Shown: positions 57,111 through 64,000 of the stretch, one piece after another
How the letters are laid out: the number at the start of each line of letters is the position of its first letter
How positions within the stretch are numbered: the stretch's first letter is position 1
Notes under the pieces: generated by a model
What the model was told of the DNA's origin: nothing
Database searches by the model: none
What the model saw: only the letters and a program-made list of their open reading frames with translations
Program-made: the position numbers and the translations under genes
IMG/VR virus record: IMGVR_UViG_3300047444_000617
Location: 1 to 64,000 of that record
Length of the DNA stretch: 64,000 bases
Strand: one strand, 5' to 3'
DNA from: a virus

Positions 57111-58364
57111 TCAGAACAACCTCTGCTGGCCCGGGTGGACCTCGGTATGAAGCCCGTTGCCCTTTCCGTAGGAGTTCAGGGAGGAGTCGTGGTTGTCTCC
57201 CCGTCGGCGCTTTTCCTCGCTCCACTGCGCGGACTGCATGTTGGTCAGCGAATTGAGGCCGCGCTCCGTCATCACCTTGCGGGCGACGTGGTCGTGGAAG
57301 GCGTGGATTCCCTTGATGCCCATGTAGGCCTCCTGGGACTCGCTACCCTTCTTGCTCTCCAGGTGCGGGGCGAAAGCGCCACCGCCGGAGTGCGTGTCGG
57401 ATACCCAGAACTGCGACGAGCCGTGGGGGTCGACCCACGAGTTGTGATAGGCGGAGACCTTCTCACCGGCTGTCGGCTTCCACGCGTCGGACAACTTCTC
57501 GCCGCCCAGGACCTTGTGCGTGACGTCGATGGCCAGCGCGTGGTTTCGCGGGTAGCCGTTGGCCGGGTACGCGCGGGTGTCCCCTTCCTTCTTCTCCAGT
57601 TTCGTGAACTGCTTGCCGCTGCGGGCGGTGACGGTCTTCTCGACCTTGTCCTCGCGCGGGACGTAGTAGTCGGGGTGGTAGTGGTACTCCTCGCCGGTGC
57701 GGCCCGACTTCGCCCACTGAATCGCGTGGGTGGCTGCCTCGTCGTTGGGGTAGACCGCCCTGCCCGTCTCCTTGTCCGGCCGCACGAACACGTTCTGCGG
57801 GGACGTGATGGCGTTGGCGGCGGCCTGCACACCGAACGGGACGCCGTTGTTCTTCGCCGACGTCTTCAGCCGCGCACGCGGGCTCAGGGAGCCGTTGCGG
57901 GTGTGGTCCTCGGCCGGGCTGTAGAAGGAGTCGTGGTGCCCGCCCTCGTGGTCGTACGCGCGGTCGACCTGGGCACCCAGAGCGCGGTGAGCCGACTCGG
58001 GGGTGACGCCGAACTTCGCGGCCGAGCGCAGCACGCGGGCCTGCTCGTGCGGCGCGAAGTCCTCCCACCGGCGATTGACCGGCATCATGTCGCGCGTGGG
58101 GTTCATGGTGTGCTGGCCGTGCCACACGTCCGACCCCTCCGGCCCGGCCAGTTCCATCTGGCCGTGCAGGTTGGGAGCCTTGTCGGTGTTGCCCATGAGC
58201 CGGTACGACTGCCGTGGGCTGGCGGCGGCCCCCGGCTTGTCCTGGATGGTCTGGAAGCGCTCGGGGTGCGCGCCCTCGAAGGACACGCGCTTGACGGTGG
58301 CGTCCTTGACCGTCTTGTTGTAGACGCGGGTCTCGGCCGCCTTCTCCGCTGGGGTCTTGGCCAT
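57111..58364 (-). CDS. Hypothetical protein with DUF7178/HhH-glycosylase-like motifs
   Basis: AITSPQN, KVSAYHN...P...VSDTH, MQSAQW. Confidence 0.5.
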   Translation of the reverse strand: MAKTPAEKAAETRVYNKTVKDATVKRVSFEGAHPERFQTIQDKPGAAASPRQSYRLMGNTDKAPNLHGQMELAGPEGSDVWHGQHTMNPTRDMMPVNRRWEDFAPHEQARVLRSAAKFGVTPESAHRALGAQVDRAYDHEGGHHDSFYSPAEDHTRNGSLSPRARLKTSAKNNGVPFGVQAAANAITSPQNVFVRPDKETGRAVYPNDEAATHAIQWAKSGRTGEEYHYHPDYYVPREDKVEKTVTARSGKQFTKLEKKEGDTRAYPANGYPRNHALAIDVTHKVLGGEKLSDAWKPTAGEKVSAYHNSWVDPHGSSQFWVSDTHSGGGAFAPHLESKKGSESQEAYMGIKGIHAFHDHVARKVMTERGLNSLTNMQSAQWSEEKRRRGDNHDSSLNSYGKGNGLHTEVHPGQQRLF

Positions 58365-58476
58365 CAGCCGCCCACTCCCTGAGTCTTCTTGGCAGCCTGC
58401 ATGGACTGCACGGGGTTCTTCGGTGAGGCCTTCTTGATGGCGTCGAGCTGGCCCCGGAACTCCTGGGTGCGCACGG

Positions 58477-59659
58477 CTATCTCCACTGGTCCGGTGAGTT
58501 GCGAGGGGAGGCGGAAGGAAGCAGCTTCTTCAGCCGCTCGGAGCGCACCGGGTCGATGTCCGCCATGACCTCGGCCACGCCGTACTTCTCCTGCAAGGCG
58601 CCCATCTCCGCCGGGGACAGGGCTGCGTTCTTGCCCATATGCGCCAGGCGCTCGGTGACGTCACCCTTCTGCGTCCACTTCAGGCCCCGGGCCTGGTAGA
58701 CCAGCCCGGCCTGTGGGTTGACCCCGCCGACGTCCGGCCACTCGTAGTCCGAGTTGTCGATCTTGTCGCCCTTGTGGACGCCCCTTTGGTAACTCCGCTC
58801 GGTCAGGCGCTTTTGCACGCCCTGCAGGACTCGGTCCTGCCTGCGGTCGTTGATCGTTCCGAGGTAGCCGTCGGGGTACTCCGCCGAGGGGACGCGTGCC
58901 CCCATGCCAGCGCGCCGGGCGTCCAGTGAGTCGCGGAAGTTCAGGGCGTCGGTTCCCGCCCCGCCGTTCGCGCGCACTATGGAGCCCGGCTGTCCATCGG
59001 CCAAGTACTGCCAGTTGCTGGACACTGCTGCCTACTTACTGGGTTACGCGCCCTGGCCGTACTGGCGCTTGAGCCAGAAGTCCCGGTTGCCGACGGCGGA
59101 GGGGACGGTCACGGTGTTGCGCTGGACGTCGTTCGCGCAGGCCGCGTTCGCCTCGTACAGGACGGCGGTCGGGTGCAGGGAGGCGCCGTTGCGCTCCAGG
59201 ATGTTCGGGCGGTGGGCGGCCGTGGCCGACTCCAGGAAGCCGCCCTTGGCCTGGTTCTTCTTCGGCACCGACCGGCCCTTGATCGGCTTGGCCACGTTGC
59301 CGACGTTGGACGCCGAGGTGCCCATGGTCGGACGCAGCGACGGGTTGTCCGTCGTCACGTTGCTGTTCTTGTTCTTCGCCACTGCAGGCTCCTTAGCCGC
59401 CGATGGTTCGGTACGGGTTCTTGTCGATCCACAGCCGCTGGTCGTAGGTGTTCGACGAGGAGCCGTTCTGCGAAGGGGCGGAGCCGCCACCGATGCGCTT
59501 GCGTTCGTAGTCGTCGCTCGACAGACCGTTGCTGGATCCGCGCACCTGCGTCTCATCGAAAACCGAGGTCGGCGTGAAGTGGGTCTGCGCCGTCGGGTAC
59601 TTCGTTTCCATTGCTCCGGAAGAAAAGGACCCATTTCGTCCGCTCGACACGCCGTTCAT
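58477..59659 (-). CDS. Probable virion-associated hypothetical genes (58477-59025, 59044-~59382, 59393-59659)
   Basis: Coupled ORFs; PSAEYPDGYLGT...RSYQRGVHKG motif in 58477-59025. Confidence 0.55.
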
Positions 59660-59717
59660 TTTCCCTCCACAGGATCATTCCAAGTGTAAAGACGGGAGCG
59701 CAGCGGATTGGAACTGA

Positions 59718-60017
59718 TCAGTGGACGAGGATCCGCAGAAGCAGGGCGCTGATTTCCCCCGCGTCCGGTGTGGTCACCGTGGTGAAACCGGGTCGGCAGT
59801 CGAGGACGATTCCCCTCGGAGCCACGAAACTGTTCGCGATGGCGATAGCCTTCATGGCCTGGTTTACCGCGCCTGCACCGATGGCCCGCAGGGTCACCCG
59901 CTTACCGTCGTAGACGGCGTGCGAGATGGCGCTGGCCAGGCTGGCGGCGGACGACGAACTCTTCACCCGGAGGATAGCCTCGTTACTGGCTACCTCGTCG
60001 TCGAACTGAACTCCCAT
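59718..60017 (-). CDS. spoVS: SpoVS-family (Alba-like) protein
   Basis: LRVKSSS...RAIGAGAVNQAMKAIAIANSFVAPRGIVLDCRPGF closely follows SpoVS QAIGAGALNQAVKAVAIARGFVAPSG. Confidence 0.88.
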   Translation of the reverse strand: MGVQFDDEVASNEAILRVKSSSSAASLASAISHAVYDGKRVTLRAIGAGAVNQAMKAIAIANSFVAPRGIVLDCRPGFTTVTTPDAGEISALLLRILVH

Positions 60018-60140
60018 TGGTGTCTCCTGTTGCTCCGATTTGCGTCACAAATCGAGAATACGGAGCAGCAGGATTCTTGTGTTAATGACAGCAGGCCCCG
60101 GGGCTCTATCCCCACCCGGGGCCTGCTGCGTATTTAGTTG

Positions 60141-60488
60141 TTACTCTTCAGGAGCCTTGGGGTATACGAGGTCGAGGAACGTGCCGACCTTCATGGTCGC
60201 GTACTGCTCGCGGGGGTCTGTGACCCCGCGCTTCTTGTGGAAGACCACCCCGTGAGGCACGCCCGCGTTCTCGGCCTCGACGGTGGCCTCCTTCAACCAG
60301 CCGGACAGGCTCATGGCCTTCTCGTTCTTCGCCTCGATGACGAAGCGGCCCTCGCCGGGGACGTAGAAGTCGCCCTTGTCGGCCGCGCCGTTCAGCACCC
60401 GGCGCTCGGCCAGGGGCTGCTTGGCCTTGATGGCCGGGAGCAGGCTGGTCTCGAACGAGGTGCCCTTCTGCTTGGACTTGTTCGTCAC
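60141..60488 (-). CDS. Holliday junction resolvase (PD-(D/E)xK)
   Basis: NKSKQKGTSFE...DKGD...IEAKN. Confidence 0.8.
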   Translation of the reverse strand: MTNKSKQKGTSFETSLLPAIKAKQPLAERRVLNGAADKGDFYVPGEGRFVIEAKNEKAMSLSGWLKEATVEAENAGVPHGVVFHKKRGVTDPREQYATMKVGTFLDLVYPKAPEE

Positions 60489-60835
60489 CGGTCGTACTCC
60501 CGATCACCGTAGAGAGGCATGCGGACACCCTCGGGGATGAGTCCGTGCTCGGGCTTGTCCACCAGAACCCCTCGCACCGACCAGTAGCAGTTGTCCATCG
60601 GGGCGAAGGTCCGGCTGTGGAAATCGCGCAGCACCACGGTGTCGACGTGGTGGTAGTGGATGGTCGGCGGGATGAGCCAGTCCGTGGTGTCATTCCCGTG
60701 CCGGTCCAGCATCTCGTTCAGCGCCGCGATCTTCTCCTCGGGAGCGGGGTGGCCCTTGTGGACCCAACCCACTGCGTACCCCTTGGTGGATCCGCCGTTG
60801 GCGATGCCCTTGTACGCGGTCATGTATCCGTCCAC
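60485..60835 (-). CDS. Hypothetical protein
   Basis: Coupled ORF. Confidence 0.5.
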   Translation of the reverse strand: MDGYMTAYKGIANGGSTKGYAVGWVHKGHPAPEEKIAALNEMLDRHGNDTTDWLIPPTIHYHHVDTVVLRDFHSRTFAPMDNCYWSVRGVLVDKPEHGLIPEGVRMPLYGDREYDR

Positions 60836-60838
60836 CGC

Positions 60839-61441
60839 TCAGGCCTGGGCCAGGATCTCGTGCACCTTGGTATGAAGGTCCTGGAGGTCCCCGTCGTTGA
60901 CCAGGTGGGAGTCGAACCACTTGTCGGGCAGTTCCTTCTCCGACTTGTGGTCGTTGACGGCGCCGTAGCCGGGCCGGGTGATCTTGATTAGCAAGCCCAA
61001 GCGAGAGTCGATGGCCTGGTGCTCGTTCTCGAACCGCAGGTCGGTGAAGACGTAGCGCTTGCTCTTGTCCAGGCCCTTAAATGCGGCCTCGACCCACACG
61101 TCCTGGCTGATCATCTCCCGGCCGACCTCGGTGCCCAGCACCTGCAGCATGCGGCGGATCTCGTCGTAGGTGCGCTTGGCGTCCTCCCAGCCGATCTCGT
61201 CCACGATCTCCTGCAGCCGGAAGTCCCGGCCGTAGGAGTCGGACAGGATGACGGGGTTGAGGACGTACAGGGCCTCGCGGAGGGTATCGGCGAAGGCGAC
61301 TCGCTCGTACCCGTACTCGGTCAGGATCCGGGCGACGGCGTCCTTGCCGGTTCCGGGGTATCCGTGGAGGCCGATGAAGCCGGGCAGCCACTCCAGGATG
61401 ACCTGGGGAAGCCTGTCGGTGGGGGAAAGCGTGGTGCTCAC
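60839..61441 (-). CDS. Deoxynucleoside monophosphate kinase
   Basis: GYPGTGKD, FADTLRE, RRMLQVLGTEVGR, TDLRFENE. Confidence 0.88.
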   Translation of the reverse strand: MSTTLSPTDRLPQVILEWLPGFIGLHGYPGTGKDAVARILTEYGYERVAFADTLREALYVLNPVILSDSYGRDFRLQEIVDEIGWEDAKRTYDEIRRMLQVLGTEVGREMISQDVWVEAAFKGLDKSKRYVFTDLRFENEHQAIDSRLGLLIKITRPGYGAVNDHKSEKELPDKWFDSHLVNDGDLQDLHTKVHEILAQA

Positions 61442-61994
61442 TTGGTCTGGTCCTCTACTTCGATGGTGGTTGCGAGGGTGTTGTCCCTGATGTACTCGAC
61501 CATCAAGGGGATGGTCCACAGAGCCCGCCGGGCGGCGACGACCTGCTCGTTGCGCCGCTTCTCCATGCGCTGCAGGGTTTCGAACTGGCCCTTCCAGCGG
61601 CCGGTCATCCAGTCCGTCTGGGCGATCAGCGGGGTGACCTTGTCGATGAGGTTCCGGGCCTGGTCCTCCGTACTCCACCGCCGCTTCCGCTCGGCGATGA
61701 GTTCGTCGGTGGTGCGGTCGAGTTCGGCGCGCACGGCGATCAGCGCGTGGGCGGTGTACAGGAGGAGCCCGACGAATACGGCGGCGATCACCAGCGCGGT
61801 GATGGTTCCGGCGCTCATCGGTGCATCAGGCACCGCGCGGGCACATCCTTGACGGGCTGCCAGGACCACCAGGAGCAGGGGGCGGAGGTGCGTATCCACA
61901 CGCCCCCCACGAGGAGCGCACCGAGCGCGAGGCCCACCAGCGCACACGTTACGTAGAAGGGCAGTTCTCGGCGGAGTCTGCGGAAGCGGTTCAC
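61438..61994 (-). CDS. Two membrane proteins (61438-61818, 61815-61994)
   Basis: N-terminal TM helices, overlapping start/stop. Confidence 0.55.
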
Positions 61995-62695
61995 GGGGCG
62001 ACCCTTCCCCAGCCCACGAAGGCCTGGTATGTCAGCGGGAAGTACTCGGCGAAGGCGGCTTCCATCTCCAGCGCCACCTTCTCGATCTCGTACTGCGGGA
62101 AAGAGGCGAAATGGGCGCCGGGGTTCTTGGTGCGCAGGGACAGGAAGTGCATCAGCGAGCGCGGGTTGCAGGTGGCGTAGAACGCGGTGTAGGTGCCGAC
62201 CGGCAGTACGTTGCGTGCGACCTCCTTGGCCACGCCCGCCTTCAGCATGCGTTGGTAGGAGGACCACGCGGCGCGGTAGACGCTCTCGTGCTCCCAGCGC
62301 GTGATGCCGAAGTGCTCGTGGGTGCCGGGGACGAACGTGTACTGGCCTGGCTTGCCCTCCTGCACCAGCGGGCGGTCGTGCGTCGGGACGTAGAAGTGAG
62401 GCTCCAGTTCCCGGTACCTGCCGGAGGTCTCGTTGTAAGACCACCCGGCCCTGTGCCTCATGAACTCCCGAGCCACGAAGATCGGGGCCTCGATGAGGAA
62501 CGACAGCGAGCCGTGCTCGAAGGGGCTGCCGTGCCGGTTCTCCATGAGGTAGTTGATCAGGCCCCCGGCCTCCCCCGACTCCGCCGCAGCGGAGCCGAGG
62601 GTGGACACGCGAGCCGCCTGGCAGATCTTCGCGTCGGACCCGGCCAGGTTGTCCAGGTCGAGCGTCGCGGAGAGGTCTGAGCGGAGGGTGGTCAC
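61991..62695 (-). CDS. thyX: Flavin-dependent thymidylate synthase
   Basis: AARVS, HGSPFEH, REFMRHR...SYNETSGRY, ARNVLP. Confidence 0.95.
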   Translation of the reverse strand: MTTLRSDLSATLDLDNLAGSDAKICQAARVSTLGSAAAESGEAGGLINYLMENRHGSPFEHGSLSFLIEAPIFVAREFMRHRAGWSYNETSGRYRELEPHFYVPTHDRPLVQEGKPGQYTFVPGTHEHFGITRWEHESVYRAAWSSYQRMLKAGVAKEVARNVLPVGTYTAFYATCNPRSLMHFLSLRTKNPGAHFASFPQYEIEKVALEMEAAFAEYFPLTYQAFVGWGRVAP

Positions 62696-63402
62696 TTGGA
62701 CTTCACCACCGACTTCGGCGACTCGTCGTTCTTGAGGGTGGCCTTGAAGTAGGTACCGGCCGCGTCGTGGTAGACGACGACACCCTCGGGGTCCATGAAG
62801 CCCGGCGCGATCAGGGAGCCCTCGGACTCCAACGTATGAAGCGCCTCGTCGACTGCTTCGTTCAGCCACTTGCCGTCGATGACGGAAATGACCGGCACCA
62901 CGGTGACGATATCCGGGGCGGGCTTGGCCTTGGGGAAGGTCTGCAGGTAGTGCTCGGTGATCTCCGGGTCGTTCGAGTCGTACCAGCGCTGGGTGTTGAA
63001 CAGGGCGAAGCGCTTCTCGTCGAGCCCGTAGCCGGACTGGATGCCCTGGCCGAACCACTCGCCGTAGTGCTTGCCCTCGCCGAGCCCGGCCAAAGCGACG
63101 GCGTTCTCCCACACCCACGCAGCGAACTGGAAGTTGTCGTTGCCGGGGGTGAGCCAGCGGTTCCGGCTGCCCGCCCGGACGATGAAGCGCTCGTAGCGGT
63201 TGTCGGTCTCGTTGAACAGCGTGACACCGACTCCGGTCGTACCCTCCAGGTACTGGGGGTCCATCAGGGGGACGGCGTCGGGGAGCCGGGTGACCTCGAT
63301 CAGGCCGTTGGTGCCGTTGATCTTCTCGGTGATGACCACACGGCGGTGCAGTCGCGGGATGGGCCGGAACTTCGGGTAGTCGCTCGCCTTGAGGACGGTC
63401 AT
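62692..63402 (-). CDS. RNA ligase family protein (Rnl2-like adenylation domain)
   Basis: TEKINGTN, SRNR, YGEWFG, FALF, PEGVVV, K. Confidence 0.75.
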   Translation of the reverse strand: MTVLKASDYPKFRPIPRLHRRVVITEKINGTNGLIEVTRLPDAVPLMDPQYLEGTTGVGVTLFNETDNRYERFIVRAGSRNRWLTPGNDNFQFAAWVWENAVALAGLGEGKHYGEWFGQGIQSGYGLDEKRFALFNTQRWYDSNDPEITEHYLQTFPKAKPAPDIVTVVPVISVIDGKWLNEAVDEALHTLESEGSLIAPGFMDPEGVVVYHDAAGTYFKATLKNDESPKSVVKSK

Positions 63403-63408
63403 GTGGTG

Positions 63409-63831
63409 TTAGTCCCTTTCGTGGGCCGAGTATGCGCTGAGTGGGATGCCGTAGCGGGGGCCGTCGTCCGTCTCGATGAGTCGTACTGTAGTTACCGCTT
63501 CTTTCTTACCGATACGAAACACTATCTCGCGGCGGTTGTCAACGTATTCGAACCACTCCGCAATGTGACCCACGGCCTCCCACTCGAAGGCGTCGTACAT
63601 CACCAGCCCGTCCTGGACGGCCGACTGCTCGCTGATGCCCGTGTGCTGGTAGAGCCGCAGCATGTAGTCCAGCCGCCCCGCCAGGAAGCCGCGACCGCGC
63701 CGGTCGACGTACACCGGCACCTTGTGGTTGCTCAGGCAGGTGCGAGGAGCCCCGGTGGACCACTCCTCGCGCCACGTCCATGGCGGGCGGGGCTGCATGA
63801 GACGGGTCACCTTGCGCTGTACGAGCCTCAT
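63409..63831 (-). CDS. Hypothetical protein
   Basis: ATG after GGAGG. Confidence 0.5.
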   Translation of the reverse strand: MRLVQRKVTRLMQPRPPWTWREEWSTGAPRTCLSNHKVPVYVDRRGRGFLAGRLDYMLRLYQHTGISEQSAVQDGLVMYDAFEWEAVGHIAEWFEYVDNRREIVFRIGKKEAVTTVRLIETDDGPRYGIPLSAYSAHERD

Positions 63832-64000
63832 GAGCCCTCCGAACGAAGAAGGACGACGACGGGGCCGTAGTTTCCAGCGACCTTCGTCCAGGACTTTGGG
63901 CCACCATGACCATCCATGCGCACCCAGTAGCAACCGAGGTTGGCCCACTGGACACCGTTACAGGTGCTCTGTACTACCGAGCCCGCCGGGGGTGCTGGGT

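Noticed and set aside
1120-60135. Phage-specific late promoter (AAT(A/C)C-like element upstream of structural genes)
   Set aside because: Similarity among candidate upstream regions is too weak to define a consensus by eye.
1610-63870. Long + strand ORFs antisense to real genes (e.g. 1610-3418, 5412-7040, 17854-19269, 42231-43763, 51095-52561, 57135-58382, 62767-63870)
   Set aside because: Shadow frames caused by high GC3 on the opposite strand; no RBS or motifs, and they fully overlap recognisable - strand genes.

Overview
The whole window is phage DNA: a high-GC (about two-thirds by eye) actinobacteriophage or prophage segment, almost entirely encoded on the minus strand. The host is most likely Streptomyces, judging from the XRE/DUF397 pair, TrmB-LuxR-type regulator, c-di-AMP riboswitch, Lsr2 and DUF2637. 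Left end: start of a portal gene, terminase large subunit, then adjacent tyrosine and serine recombinases, suggesting a temperate or plasmid-like lifestyle. 9-31 kb: accessory genes including HicA-like, AcrVA2/FinQ-like, XRE-DUF397, MazG-like and metallophosphoesterase genes; four tRNAs interrupted by a c-di-AMP riboswitch/LysM-NlpC/P60 cassette; Lsr2; a secreted DSTW-repeat peptide divergent from a LuxR-type regulator; and an RNA-repair set (PNK, RNA ligase, RlaP-like nucleotidyltransferase). 31-50 kb: early-type region of small genes with many TTGACA/TAnnnT promoters, a shared CCCCACACCAGGAG leader and two repeat-rich non-coding islands. 50-64 kb: TGT-fold fusion protein, Pol-beta nucleotidyltransferase, GH25 endolysin, probable virion proteins, SpoVS, Holliday junction resolvase, dNMP kinase, ThyX and a second RNA ligase. 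Best candidates for novelty: (1) the peptide/LuxR pair as a possible phage communication system, (2) a strongly over-represented, oriented RTATGAAG motif embedded in coding sequence, (3) the riboswitch-controlled hydrolase inside the tRNA array. All family assignments come from motif recognition by eye; no searches were run.
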